DNA of 53,331 nucleotides from Nitrospirota bacterium (GCA_037442225.1 JBBIQQ010000001.1:1-53331); one strand, 5' to 3'. Positions 9,008 through 18,794 are shown, numbered from the stretch's first letter. Notes: generated from the letters alone by a model not told the origin. A program made the numbers and translations.

Positions 9008-9787
9008 TTACAGTAACACCGAACCAAGGAAGTAGTCCCAGATGAGAATAAGCACCGAAGAGGTAACAACCGCATCCGTTGTTGCCCTGCTGACACCCTC
9101 GGCTCCAAATCCGGTTTTGTCGGCATAATACCCCTTATAGCAACAAATCCATGAGACGATCACGCCAAAACTCAGCGATTTGTACAGTCCAATCCGAATA
9201 TCCGACCATTCAACCATATGATCCATCTGCGAGAAATAGGTTCCATCGCTCATTCCGAGCATCTTGACGGCGACCAGGTAGCCGCCGTAGATGCCGATAA
9301 CATCAAAGAGAGCGGCAAGTAGCGGAAAGCAGAGCACGGCAGCGGCTAGATTTGGTACCAACAGATAGCGAAGAGGATTCAAAGCCATTGAGGTGATCGC
9401 GTCAATCTGCTCCGACATGCGCATGATGCCTATTTCGGCAGCCAATGCAGACCCAGCCCGGCCAGTCACCATAAGTGCAGAGAGTACAGGCCCTAATTCC
9501 CGGATGAGGCTCAACGCCACAAGCGGGCCCAGGAGTGCTTCGGAGCCAACTTTTCTGAGAGAATAAAAAACCTGCAGAGCTAATACCATTCCGGTAAAAG
9601 CCCCCGTCACGAGCACAATAATCAGCGATTTTGTGCCAAAAAACTGAATGCGGCGCACGAACAACTTGAATTTAAAGGGCGGACTAAAGCTGAGGGCAAC
9701 CCCCTGAAGCAGAAAAAGAAACATATGCCCAAACCGCCTCTGCAGTCCGAGAACCATGGCGCCAACGCCGCGAACAACCTGAAACAT
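9008..9787 (-). CDS. mlaE: MlaE ABC-transporter permease
   Basis: Multi-TM protein directly upstream of mlaF. Start uncertain: track start 9844; ATG 9787 gives a family-typical N-terminus. Confidence 0.8.
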   Translation of the reverse strand: MFQVVRGVGAMVLGLQRRFGHMFLFLLQGVALSFSPPFKFKLFVRRIQFFGTKSLIIVLVTGAFTGMVLALQVFYSLRKVGSEALLGPLVALSLIRELGPVLSALMVTGRAGSALAAEIGIMRMSEQIDAITSMALNPLRYLLVPNLAAAVLCFPLLAALFDVIGIYGGYLVAVKMLGMSDGTYFSQMDHMVEWSDIRIGLYKSLSFGVIVSWICCYKGYYADKTGFGAEGVSRATTDAVVTSSVLILIWDYFLGSVLL

Positions 9788-9867
9788 TGAGAGAAAACCG
9801 CCTTTATCTGTAAACGGAATATTAGCGCAATTATACCACAGCATGTCAGGGCAACAAAGCGGAAAGA

Positions 9868-10782
9868 CTAAATGCGAAGGCTGCCGATGATCTCGCTTAC
9901 GTCAGACAACTTTTCATCGTGGAGAAACTGCTCGAGCTCGTCGATTATGTCGACCGTAGCGGTCGGATTTATAAAATTGGCGGTTCCGACAGCTATGCCG
10001 CGGGCACCCGCAATCAGAAATTCGAGCGCGTCAGCTCCGTTCATAATGCCGCCCATGCCGATAATCGGTATGCGAACGGCATTGAAGACCTCCCAAACCA
10101 TGCGAACAGCAACCGGTTTGATTGCAGGCCCGGACAGTCCGCCTATCTTATTGGCAAGAACAGGCCGACGGGAACGAATGTCAATCGCCATGCCCGTAAT
10201 CGTATTGATAAGAGACACGGCATCGGCCCCTGAATCTTCAGCTACTTTCGCCATATGGGCTATGTTTGTAACATTCGGCGAAAGTTTCACAATCAGAGGA
10301 ACCCGACAGACCTTTCTGACAGATGTGACCACTTCATTCAGCACTTTAGGATCCGTGCCAAACACGCACCATTCCGCCTGCTTGTTCGGACACGAAACAT
10401 TCATTTCAAGCGCATGAATGCCGTCTGTCCGGCTCAGGACTTCAGCGACCTGAATATATTCATCGATGGTATCTCCAAAAAAGTTACAGACAACCTTTGT
10501 GTCGAACCGGCGAAGAAACGGCATCTTATCAGCAATAAACCGCTCAACCCCGATGTTCTGCAGGCCGATGGCATTCAGCATGCCGGAAGCTGTTTCCACG
10601 ATGCGCGGCACCGGATTTCCTTCCTTCGGCTTAAGAGAAAGCCCCTTGACGACAACAGCACCAAGCCGGTTCAGATTAAGAAATTCAGCGTATTCCTCGC
10701 CGTATCCGAATGTGCCGGAAGCGGTCATAACCGGATTTTTCAGAATCAAGCCGCCGATATTCACCCCCAGGGAAGGGTTCAT
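9868..10782 (-). CDS. pyrD: Dihydroorotate dehydrogenase B, catalytic subunit
   Basis: NPVMTASGTFGYG, NVSCPN, GGLSGPAIKP. ATG 10782 overlaps the pyrK stop (ATGA) with GGGAG upstream. Confidence 0.9.
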   Translation of the reverse strand: MNPSLGVNIGGLILKNPVMTASGTFGYGEEYAEFLNLNRLGAVVVKGLSLKPKEGNPVPRIVETASGMLNAIGLQNIGVERFIADKMPFLRRFDTKVVCNFFGDTIDEYIQVAEVLSRTDGIHALEMNVSCPNKQAEWCVFGTDPKVLNEVVTSVRKVCRVPLIVKLSPNVTNIAHMAKVAEDSGADAVSLINTITGMAIDIRSRRPVLANKIGGLSGPAIKPVAVRMVWEVFNAVRIPIIGMGGIMNGADALEFLIAGARGIAVGTANFINPTATVDIIDELEQFLHDEKLSDVSEIIGSLRI

Positions 10783-11573
10783 CGCCGAGACTCCCATACC
10801 ACGGTCGATGCGTTAAATACCGGACCGTCCTTGCAGACGCTTCTGTATTTGCCTTCTGGATAGTCCGCATCCATTATTTTCACCACACAGCCAAGACATG
10901 CTCCCACCCCGCACGCCATATATGCTTCAAGCGAAACGAAACAGCGGGTTCCGACTTCAGCGCATGCATTTGCAACAGCCCGCATCATTGGGGCAGACCC
11001 GCATGTATAAACCGGCAGATGCGCGTTCAGTGCGAGATATTCCTTCAGAGGCTCCGTTATCAGAGATTTTCTGCCGGCCGTGCCGTCATCGGTCGTGATA
11101 ACCGCAGACCCCACGAGAGCCTTGACAGCTTCCGGCATCAACAGCTCATTTGCGGTGCGCCCCCCCCAGAAAAGGACAGCCCTTCCATCTGCCGCGCCAA
11201 GTAGTGAAAACAAAGATGCAATACCGATGCCGCCGGCAACCGCGATAAACTCGCCTGATGGCATTGGATAGGTATTTCCGAGCGGCCCGATTAAAGAAAT
11301 GGTCTCTCCTTCGCGAAGTGCGGCAATTGCTCTGGTTCCCTTCCCCCGGATGCGGTAAAGAAAGGAGATCGTGCCGTTCTCAGCACGAAAATAACTGAAC
11401 GGTCTCTTCAGGAGAGGATCATGCGTTGCTCCCGCCTGCAGCATGTAAAACTGACCCGGATCAGGAACGGCGACCAGGCAATTCGGCTGAAGCGTGAGCA
11501 GACGAAATCCTGTGTTGACGTCAAGGTGTGCAGTAACCGTTGCGCGAAACAATTTAGACAAAATTAATCTCAA
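10779..11573 (-). CDS. pyrK: Dihydroorotate dehydrogenase B electron-transfer subunit
   Basis: FAD/NAD-binding fold (RPFSY) and C-terminal 2Fe-2S Cys cluster CGVGACLGC. Confidence 0.85.
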   Translation of the reverse strand: MRLILSKLFRATVTAHLDVNTGFRLLTLQPNCLVAVPDPGQFYMLQAGATHDPLLKRPFSYFRAENGTISFLYRIRGKGTRAIAALREGETISLIGPLGNTYPMPSGEFIAVAGGIGIASLFSLLGAADGRAVLFWGGRTANELLMPEAVKALVGSAVITTDDGTAGRKSLITEPLKEYLALNAHLPVYTCGSAPMMRAVANACAEVGTRCFVSLEAYMACGVGACLGCVVKIMDADYPEGKYRSVCKDGPVFNASTVVWESRR

Positions 11574-12027
11574 GAATCTCGTATTCGATAATGCGGGCAG
11601 GCGCCTTTACTATGGCGGCATCCCCGACTTCTTTGCCAATAAGCGCCCTGCCGACCGGTGAGGTGATGGATATCTTGCCGCTTTTCACGTCGGCTTCTTC
11701 CATGCCGACAAGAATGAACACATATTCTTCATCAGCCTCGACATCGAGCACTTTCACCGTTGCTCCAAAAGCAACCTTGGACTGGTTGATTGTCGCTGGA
11801 TCTATGACATCTGCAACGGCAAGTTTCCCCTGCAACTCCTGAATGCGGCCTTCGATAAACGACTGGCGTTCCTTGGCGGCATGATATTCAGCGTTTTCAG
11901 AAAGGTCGCCATGCGCCCGCGCTTCTTCGATATCTTTTATGTTCTTCAAACGGTCAACCCGCAGAAGGCGGTCAATTTCGTCCTTCATTTTCTGGTAGCC
12001 GTTCGGAGTAAGCGGAACTCGGTTCAT
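11554..12027 (-). CDS. greA: Transcription elongation factor GreA
   Basis: 157 aa; LTPNGYQKMKDEIDRL...ENAEYHAAKE...SPVGRALIGK. Confidence 0.9.
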   Translation of the reverse strand: MNRVPLTPNGYQKMKDEIDRLLRVDRLKNIKDIEEARAHGDLSENAEYHAAKERQSFIEGRIQELQGKLAVADVIDPATINQSKVAFGATVKVLDVEADEEYVFILVGMEEADVKSGKISITSPVGRALIGKEVGDAAIVKAPARIIEYEILEINFV

Positions 12028-12119
12028 GCTGACGTCTCTCCTTGTCCTGCAAATATAACAGTATTTATTACGATACCATTCCGGATCGGTTTTTTCAAAA
12101 AAACAAACTCGTGGATAAA

Positions 12120-12548
12120 TTATTTTTTCTGACTGGGCAGGGGCATCTTGAATGAATGATTTTCGTCTTCGGTCAGCACTTGGGCGCCGAGAAGCCTGGC
12201 GCTGTTGATCACTATCGGAGCGCGGAGGTTCACGCAGGCACCCGAGGAGTCGATGGAAAGAATGGCAAGCACGACTAAAGATTGCGGGTCGTCAATTTTG
12301 AGCATCGATTCAACGTCGTTGCTCAGCGTGAACGCGTAGTCGGGGAAAAGAGAGAACGGTTCTGTAACGATGAAGGCCAGGTCAGGGTCGTCAGCAGCCT
12401 GAAGCCACCAGATATTGTCTTTGTGTTCAATAAGGGAAAATTGCTTTGCCGCACTAAAGCCAGGAATGCCGATCGGAAAAGAGAGAATCCGCTCCTCTTG
12501 AACGGCAAGCTCTCCAAAGCGGGTCGTCTTGATTTTCAGCATATCCAC
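12120..12548 (-). CDS. fliW: Flagellar assembly factor FliW
   Basis: TTRFGELAVQEERILSFPIGIPGF...WWLQA...FIV family pattern; adjacent to csrA. Confidence 0.9.
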   Translation of the reverse strand: MDMLKIKTTRFGELAVQEERILSFPIGIPGFSAAKQFSLIEHKDNIWWLQAADDPDLAFIVTEPFSLFPDYAFTLSNDVESMLKIDDPQSLVVLAILSIDSSGACVNLRAPIVINSARLLGAQVLTEDENHSFKMPLPSQKK

Positions 12549-12553
12549 CTTTG

Positions 12554-12778
12554 CTACCCCTTTATTTCCAGAAAATCCTTCAGGCTCTCCATATTAAGCT
12601 TCGAGGCTTCGATATTCAACTGCTTCAGTTTGTCGTACAGCTCCTCACGATAAATAGGCATATCGCGCGGAGCATCAATGCCTATTTTCACAAATCCGTT
12701 GCCGATTTCGAGAATCCTGACTTTGATCTGATCTCCAATGGCGATTGTCTGTTCAGGCTTCCGCGTAAGAACGAGCAT
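12554..12778 (-). CDS. csrA: Carbon storage regulator CsrA (FliW-partner type with C-terminal extension)
   Basis: MLVLTRKPEQTIAIGDQIKVRILEI...GIDAPRDMPIYREE. Confidence 0.95.
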   Translation of the reverse strand: MLVLTRKPEQTIAIGDQIKVRILEIGNGFVKIGIDAPRDMPIYREELYDKLKQLNIEASKLNMESLKDFLEIKG

Positions 12779-12789
12779 GTATCATCCTT

Positions 12790-14157
12790 TTACTGAATGA
12801 AATCAAAAAGACTGGTGCGGAACATATCGCGCGAAGCTGTTCTCAATGCCTGCAGGGCTGTTTCGCGCTGTTGCATCTCGGAAACAACACGGGGATAGTC
12901 AGCATCCTGATCATTACTGAGAACTACATTCGTGTCGTCCTCCCGCTCGCCAAGGAAATTCTGCTCAGCATCCAGCTTGTTCAGGCGGGCACCGACTTCC
13001 GCATGCAGTTGATACACTTTTTCAGAAACAGCAGCCAGGTAATCTATCCCCTTGCGCACACGGGCCTGATCGTTATTAATCAGCGCTTCATACAAAAAAT
13101 GCAGCGTGCGGACAATATTGTTTTCGTTCAAATAGTTATTGTTGAAACTGTAATAATCCGGATGTGCAGTATTCGTGATGTAATTATAATTCACAATGTT
13201 GTTCTGAAGCGACATGTTTTTTGAAGCGGTGTCATAGTTCATCGCGGAAATCAGATTCACGTTACCTGATGCTGTTATAGATACCTGATTTTCGAGCCCC
13301 GCCTGTACCGGAGAAACGACAATCCGGTAGTCCGCTCCCCTGTTGGACACATCAACAACCCGCGCCAGAACCGCACTGCCCGCCTGCGCGTTTATGGCCG
13401 CTGCGATATCGTTCAGGGAAGCATTGGCAGCCACGGCAACCAACAGCGCTGATGCTGATGAGGCGGTACGAATCGACAAGCTTCCGCCAGCGGCTCCGAC
13501 AAACGCTGCTGCAGGATTGGCCACCACCGGGCCGCCTGATACCAGACCGCCAAGAGGGTTGGGATCGGTCACTGCCCCGCTGTAAGGAGGCAGAACCTGT
13601 GTCGGCGTTCCGGCAAAGCTGAAGAGAGTACTTGCAGGAATGTTGATTGCAACTTTCACATTCGGACTGATATCCAGCTCAAAAAGGTTCGAGTCGCCAA
13701 GAAACTCACCGGTGTTCGCGTCAATCGGCGTACTATTCGTCTGGTATCCGGAAAATATATACCGGTCCCCGACCTTCGTGTTCGCAATGCCGATAGCACT
13801 CTCAAAAAGCGCCTTTACTTCTTTTGCGATAGCTGTCCTAGAACTGGCGTCCACGGTGGCATTCGCTCCCTGAACCGCAAGCTCACGCCCCCTCGTAAGG
13901 AGATCTGTCAGATTCTGAAAACTGCCGTCGAGCGCGCCGAGCGAACTTTTTGCCGAATCTATAGAGCGGTTGTATTGACCAATCGAAAGAAGCGTCGCCT
14001 TATAGCCGACAATGCGCGACATGCCGGAAGGATCGTCAGATGGCCGGTTAATGCGCTTGCCGGTTGAAAGCTGTTCATTGGCAGTATACATAACGCTCAG
14101 ATTCTTTTGAACATCCGAGAGGAATCGGTCATAAAACATCTTTGTTGTAATACGCAT
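12790..14157 (-). CDS. flgL: Hook-associated protein 3
   Basis: Flagellin-like N-terminus (LSTGKRINRPSDDPSG) and C-terminus; follows flgK. Confidence 0.85.
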   Translation of the reverse strand: MRITTKMFYDRFLSDVQKNLSVMYTANEQLSTGKRINRPSDDPSGMSRIVGYKATLLSIGQYNRSIDSAKSSLGALDGSFQNLTDLLTRGRELAVQGANATVDASSRTAIAKEVKALFESAIGIANTKVGDRYIFSGYQTNSTPIDANTGEFLGDSNLFELDISPNVKVAINIPASTLFSFAGTPTQVLPPYSGAVTDPNPLGGLVSGGPVVANPAAAFVGAAGGSLSIRTASSASALLVAVAANASLNDIAAAINAQAGSAVLARVVDVSNRGADYRIVVSPVQAGLENQVSITASGNVNLISAMNYDTASKNMSLQNNIVNYNYITNTAHPDYYSFNNNYLNENNIVRTLHFLYEALINNDQARVRKGIDYLAAVSEKVYQLHAEVGARLNKLDAEQNFLGEREDDTNVVLSNDQDADYPRVVSEMQQRETALQALRTASRDMFRTSLFDFIQ

Positions 14158-14159
14158 GG

Positions 14160-16142
14160 CTACCTGCCTACCATATTGAGCAGCGTCGTCAGCATTTCAT
14201 CGGCAACTGATATCATTTTGGCGGCCGCCTCATATGATTTCTGAAATTTGATAAGATTGGCAGCCTCTTCGTCAAGGCTGACGCCTGAAAGCTCCTGACG
14301 GCGCAATTCCAGCTGTTCAACCAGCGTGTTCTGGGCGCGAAGACTTGTTTTTGCGGAACCGGCTTTGACGCCGACATCGGACACAATTGACTGGTAATAG
14401 TCCGCTGGCCTGCTCCCCCCAATAATCGGGCGGCTGAAGAGATTTGCCAAAATGCTCGCATTCACATTATCCCCCGGCACGTTCGGATAGACGGACGAGC
14501 CGGTGACCAAGCCGGCAGGTTGAAGCGTTGAGACACCGCTGAAACCGAAAAGCCCTTTCGCTGTCGTAGTTATGGCGGCCCAATCCAGAACCACGACGTT
14601 GCCTGATGTATTTGTTATCGAATAACGGTGTGTCAGCGCATCGAAATTTACAGTATATGTGCCAACGCCCGCTGCTTGCAGAGCTTGCTGCAGGGCCGTC
14701 GATAGCTGCTGCCGCGTATAAGAATCAATATCCGGAGTCAAAGGATCCGCGTCAATCGGAATCTTTGCGGTCCTGAATGTCGCACCGCCGTCCTCACTGA
14801 ATCGAATGACGTTATTCGCATTCGTTACGGTTACCAGATCTCCTGCGGCTGCCGCAATCTTGCGCGGATCGCTTATAGCTATTGATATCTCGCGCGCTGC
14901 GTTCCGATTCATCTGAAACGTAAACGTTTCGTCAGCGGCTGCTGTGCCGGAAAAATTCAGCGATATCCCGTTGAATGTAAGGGTTTGCGTTGCGGCATCA
15001 TACGAACTCGCCACAGCTCCGGCAGGGGTTGAAACCGCAAACGACGTTGTAGCATGAGTATACTGTACCGTATAGAGGGAATAATCGGGGATAGTCGCGC
15101 TCCCCATCGACACAGAACCTATTGACAACCCTCCGGAAACGCTGTCTGATGTCAGCGTCGTCGAAGAAAAAAAGTTACTTCCGGTGGAACCGTCAAGACC
15201 ATAGCCGATGCGATGGTAATAATTGACCTGATCCGCCAGCGAGATGGCAAAGGTATTCATTTTCTCCCTGATTGCCACCATTACGGTATCGCGCAGATCA
15301 AGATTTGCCTTCAGGGACCCTGCCTGGACCAGGGAAGTCACATCGCGCGGCAGCGGTTCTCCGGTGATATTCACATAAAACCGCATGTTCTGGGTTGCCG
15401 GGTCAATGGCTGTACTCAGACTGAAAGCCCTCCCGCCGTCGACTATCGGCGTTCCGCCGATCAAAATACTGTACCTGCCCTGATTATCTTCAAAAGCCGT
15501 CACCCTAACAATCTGATTCAGATTCTCAAGCAGCATGTCCCGCTGGTCTTTGAGATCAAGCGAACCGGGATTTGACGCAATTTTCTCATTGAGATCGGCA
15601 ATGCGGTTCAAGATAGCATTGGCCTCGATAACCAATGTCTGACTTTCTTGAAATATCCGGCTCCGTTCATCATCAAGAGCGATTGCCGAGCGGTTGATGC
15701 GGGTTGCAAGATACTCAGCCTTATTGATAAGCAGCGTCCGCTGCGCGTATGCTTCCGGATACTGGGAAACCTCCTGCCACGCGTTAAAGAAATCCGCGAT
15801 TGCCGGATAAATGCCGGTGTCGGAGGCTTCATTAAACATATTCTCGACATTGATCATGCCTGACTGATACGTTTGCCAATAGGAGAGATTCGCCTTTTCG
15901 GTAATCAGCTGGAGACTGGTAAACGAGTCATACATGCGTTGTACTCCCGCGATGGAGACCCCACGACCGCTCGATCCGCTCGCTACCACAAATCCCCCGC
16001 TCGGAATGCTCTCAAGCATAACGTTCTGCCGGTTATAACCGGCAGTGGCGGAATTTGCCACGTTATGCGCCGTTGCATCGAGAGCGCGGCGTGTTGCAAG
16101 CAGGGACGTTCTTCCGATATCGAAAAGACCAAGTATCGACAT
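14160..16142 (-). CDS. flgK: Hook-associated protein 1
   Basis: LDATAHNVANSATAGYNRQ N-terminus; C-terminal SGVSLDEEAANLIKFQKSYEAAAK. Confidence 0.9.
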   Translation of the reverse strand: MSILGLFDIGRTSLLATRRALDATAHNVANSATAGYNRQNVMLESIPSGGFVVASGSSGRGVSIAGVQRMYDSFTSLQLITEKANLSYWQTYQSGMINVENMFNEASDTGIYPAIADFFNAWQEVSQYPEAYAQRTLLINKAEYLATRINRSAIALDDERSRIFQESQTLVIEANAILNRIADLNEKIASNPGSLDLKDQRDMLLENLNQIVRVTAFEDNQGRYSILIGGTPIVDGGRAFSLSTAIDPATQNMRFYVNITGEPLPRDVTSLVQAGSLKANLDLRDTVMVAIREKMNTFAISLADQVNYYHRIGYGLDGSTGSNFFSSTTLTSDSVSGGLSIGSVSMGSATIPDYSLYTVQYTHATTSFAVSTPAGAVASSYDAATQTLTFNGISLNFSGTAAADETFTFQMNRNAAREISIAISDPRKIAAAAGDLVTVTNANNVIRFSEDGGATFRTAKIPIDADPLTPDIDSYTRQQLSTALQQALQAAGVGTYTVNFDALTHRYSITNTSGNVVVLDWAAITTTAKGLFGFSGVSTLQPAGLVTGSSVYPNVPGDNVNASILANLFSRPIIGGSRPADYYQSIVSDVGVKAGSAKTSLRAQNTLVEQLELRRQELSGVSLDEEAANLIKFQKSYEAAAKMISVADEMLTTLLNMVGR

Positions 16143-16583
16143 TTAGGCCTCCACGGAAAGCTGCCGCTTGGGCTGAATACCGAACGAATCCAGAAAATTA
16201 TAGGAAGTCTTGACGTACTGCAGGGATTTTTCAATCAGCACGCTGTTGAAACGGTTCAGTTCGGCGATACTGCTCACAATCGCCTTGAACTTGGAGGCAA
16301 TGCTGGAAAGTCGGTCACGGTAATCGATTTCAGCAAGCTGTGCAATGTCTGATATGGTTCTGCCGGAGAAGCCGAGCGAAGAAAGAGCCCGCTCCCGGGA
16401 TTCATCGCAGAGGCGGATGCCGGTAATAATAATTTCCTTTTCGCGCAGCAACAGTTCCAGAGCCGCCGGATCGAGACCGACAATTACCTCTCGTTCTTTC
16501 TGTAACAGAACGACCAGTTGGGCGCAGAGTTCAAACTCCTTCTCCAGAATCCTCAGCAATTCTTCATATAATGGAATCAACAA
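16143..16583 (-). CDS. flgN: FlgN-like export chaperone
   Basis: 146-aa helical protein between flgM and flgK; FlgN-like N-terminal pattern. Confidence 0.65.
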   Translation of the reverse strand: MLIPLYEELLRILEKEFELCAQLVVLLQKEREVIVGLDPAALELLLREKEIIITGIRLCDESRERALSSLGFSGRTISDIAQLAEIDYRDRLSSIASKFKAIVSSIAELNRFNSVLIEKSLQYVKTSYNFLDSFGIQPKRQLSVEA

Positions 16584-16863
16584 TAACCTCCTTCAACAGC
16601 TTGTCCGCAACCATCTCTGCCCGAACCGAATACGTACCGGATTCAACGGATTTCCTGATGGTTTCTACTTTTTCGGTCCGGACCTCCGACAGGGCGTTCA
16701 CTGCCGCAATCAGACGACTCATCTCCCCTGCCCCGCGCGAAAGCGTTATCTGGTCTCCGCTTGCCGGAATCTCCCCCGTCTCCGCCGGCTTTTTCCGGAA
16801 AATCGCAGGCTCCGGCTTGTTGATTTCGGGGCTTTTCAGTCCGTCGGTTTTTCTGACATCCAT
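16564..16863 (-). CDS. flgM: Anti-sigma-28 factor FlgM
   Basis: 99 aa; C-terminal EKVETIRKSVESGTYSVRAEMVADKLL. Sigma28 promoter upstream. Confidence 0.85.
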   Translation of the reverse strand: MDVRKTDGLKSPEINKPEPAIFRKKPAETGEIPASGDQITLSRGAGEMSRLIAAVNALSEVRTEKVETIRKSVESGTYSVRAEMVADKLLKEVIVDSII

Positions 16864-16903
16864 TGCGGCACCTCCTGAATAAGTTCACTAATGCTCTCTA
16901 CAT

Positions 16904-16930
16904 ATATCGGAGGAATGCCGCCAAACCTTA
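16904..16930 (-). promoter_or_regulatory. Sigma28 (FliA) promoter of flgM-flgN...
   Basis: Minus strand TAAGGTTT-N11-TCCGATAT versus consensus TAAAGTTT-N11-GCCGATAA, about 40 nt upstream of the flgM ATG. Confidence 0.75.
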
Positions 16931-17629
16931 ACCAAACGTTCCCAGAATTCCAGCCGGGTCAACCGCCACACCATCCTTACGCACTTCAAAGTGAACGTGC
17001 GGGCCGGTAGCTCGTCCGGATGATCCTGATAATGCAATTGCAGTGCCAGGTTTGATAATGTCGCCGAGTTTTACGAGGTTGCGCGCATTGTGACCATACA
17101 GCGTGGTGAGCCCGTCGCCATGATCAATGACAACACAATTACCATATCCATTTGAATAGCCGCTGAAAACAACCTTTCCTTCCGCAACTGTCCGCACGGG
17201 CGAATTTTCTGCGACGGCAATATCTATACCTGCATGGTGACGCATTTTTCCGTCTATCGGATCCAGCCTGAGGCCGAATCCGGAGGTAATTCTTCCCTGC
17301 GTTTGCGACAGCAAAGTTGCCGGATCAGGCAATTGTCCCGAAACAGGAGGTCTGACCGGGAAATCACGTCTTTTTTCAATAACAGATTGGTTTTTCATCA
17401 TTATGTCACCAAATCCAACCCCGCGTTCGGCAAGAGAGTCCGCAATATGAGCAGTTATGGTCGGCAGAAAGCTCCCGATAGTCTTGTTTTTGGCAAAGGA
17501 TGTCTGTTCAAACATAACCTTCAAAAATTCATTCAAAAAAACCGTCTCAACCTTTTTTGCCACTGCAGCAGGATCCTGCCCGGCAGATTTTGTCTGTGCC
17601 TGAATACCCATAATGGCTTGCGGTTTCAT
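16928..17629 (-). CDS. flgJ: FlgJ-like: rod-binding domain fused to an M23 peptidase domain
   Basis: N-terminal VETVFLNEFLKVMFEQ (rod-binding). C-terminal HHAGIDIAV...GYGNCVVIDHGDGL...GPHVHFEV (M23). Confidence 0.8.
   Translation of the reverse strand: MKPQAIMGIQAQTKSAGQDPAAVAKKVETVFLNEFLKVMFEQTSFAKNKTIGSFLPTITAHIADSLAERGVGFGDIMMKNQSVIEKRRDFPVRPPVSGQLPDPATLLSQTQGRITSGFGLRLDPIDGKMRHHAGIDIAVAENSPVRTVAEGKVVFSGYSNGYGNCVVIDHGDGLTTLYGHNARNLVKLGDIIKPGTAIALSGSSGRATGPHVHFEVRKDGVAVDPAGILGTFG
17034..17048 (-). promoter_or_regulatory. Perfect sigma54 core TGGCAC-N5-TTGC inside the 3' end of flgJ; candidate second promoter for flgM
   Basis: Minus strand TGGCACTGCAATTGC, about 170 nt upstream of the flgM ATG. 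Confidence 0.5.
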
Positions 17630-18768
17630 TAAATGATCACCAGATCAGCCTTAAGGCTTCCCGCTGCCTTGATTGCCTGCAGTATGGCAACCAGATCCTT
17701 CGGGCTAACTCCCAGGGTATTCAGAGCCTTCACCAGCTCTCCTATGGTCGGTCCTTTCACCTCAGTCAGAAAAGCCTTCTTCTCTTCGCTCTTAACCTCG
17801 CTCTGCGTCACAGCAACCGTGGCTGCTCCGCGAGGCGCCAGCGGTCCCGGCTGCGATACCTGTATTTCGGTTTTGATTTCAATTGTCAGACCACCATGCG
17901 CCAGAGCAACCGGCGATATGGCAACCCGCTCTCCTATCACCACAGTGCCAGTCCGCTCGTTGACAACCACCCTCGCAGGGACATCAACATCAACCGTCAG
18001 TTGTTCAATAGAAGCCATAAACTCCAATGCGCGGTCACGATACGTCAAGGGCACAGTTATGCCTACAGAAGATGGGCTTTCTACCTTGGCTACTGACTTT
18101 CCAAATTGAGCGTTAATTTTTTCGGCGACCCTCTGCGCGGTGGTAGTATCCTGCGCAGCGAGTATCAGCATCAATTTTTCCTTATTATTCAATTGAACAG
18201 GAACTTCTTTCTCAACAAGAGCTCCGTTGGGAATCATCCCGACATTCGGGTGATTTTTGATGGTCGTACCCCCCCCAGCGACAAAGCCGCCGATGGAGAC
18301 CGGACCCTGTGCTACGGCATAGACTGTTTCATCGACGCCGGTCAGGGGGGTCATGATAAGTGTTCCGCCCTGCAAACTTTTTGCGTCGCCTATCGATGAG
18401 ACGGTAACATCCACTCTGGATCCCGGCTTAATGTTCGTCTGAAGTTTTGCTGTCACCAGCACAGCTGCGATGTTCTTGGTTTTACCTTTCACATCGGCAA
18501 GGTTTACCGCGACACCCATGCGCCGCATCATGTTGACAAACGGCTGATAAATGTAGGTCCCGTCCTTGTCGCCCGTCCCGTTCAAACCGACAATAATGCC
18601 ATAGCCGACGAGTTCATTTTCCCGAACGCCGGAAAAGGTGGAAATGTCCTTAATACGTTCAGCTGATGCGTAATATGGTGCGATGCAGGTAAAAAGAGCC
18701 ACCGCGAAAAAAAACCGGAAAATTGTGCCGCATCGGTGGGAATTTTTTTCAGATTGCCGGGAGAACAT
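17629..18768 (-). CDS. flgI: P-ring protein
   Basis: Signal peptide ...APYYASA then ERIKDI...GYGIVVGLNGTGD. Start moved to ATG 18768 (GAGGA upstream), clear of flgH. Confidence 0.9.
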   Translation of the reverse strand: MFSRQSEKNSHRCGTIFRFFFAVALFTCIAPYYASAERIKDISTFSGVRENELVGYGIIVGLNGTGDKDGTYIYQPFVNMMRRMGVAVNLADVKGKTKNIAAVLVTAKLQTNIKPGSRVDVTVSSIGDAKSLQGGTLIMTPLTGVDETVYAVAQGPVSIGGFVAGGGTTIKNHPNVGMIPNGALVEKEVPVQLNNKEKLMLILAAQDTTTAQRVAEKINAQFGKSVAKVESPSSVGITVPLTYRDRALEFMASIEQLTVDVDVPARVVVNERTGTVVIGERVAISPVALAHGGLTIEIKTEIQVSQPGPLAPRGAATVAVTQSEVKSEEKKAFLTEVKGPTIGELVKALNTLGVSPKDLVAILQAIKAAGSLKADLVII

Positions 18769-18794
18769 GCTTTTATTCCTCAATACGAAAATGT

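Noticed and set aside
12028-12119. T6/A7 tract (TTTTTTCAAAAAAA) with a small CCGGATCGG stem between fliW and greA, considered as a possible terminator.
   Set aside because: The stem is only 3-4 bp and is not positioned before a U-tract on the minus strand. I could not support a terminator call. A TTGAAA-N17-TATCGT greA promoter is possible but weak.
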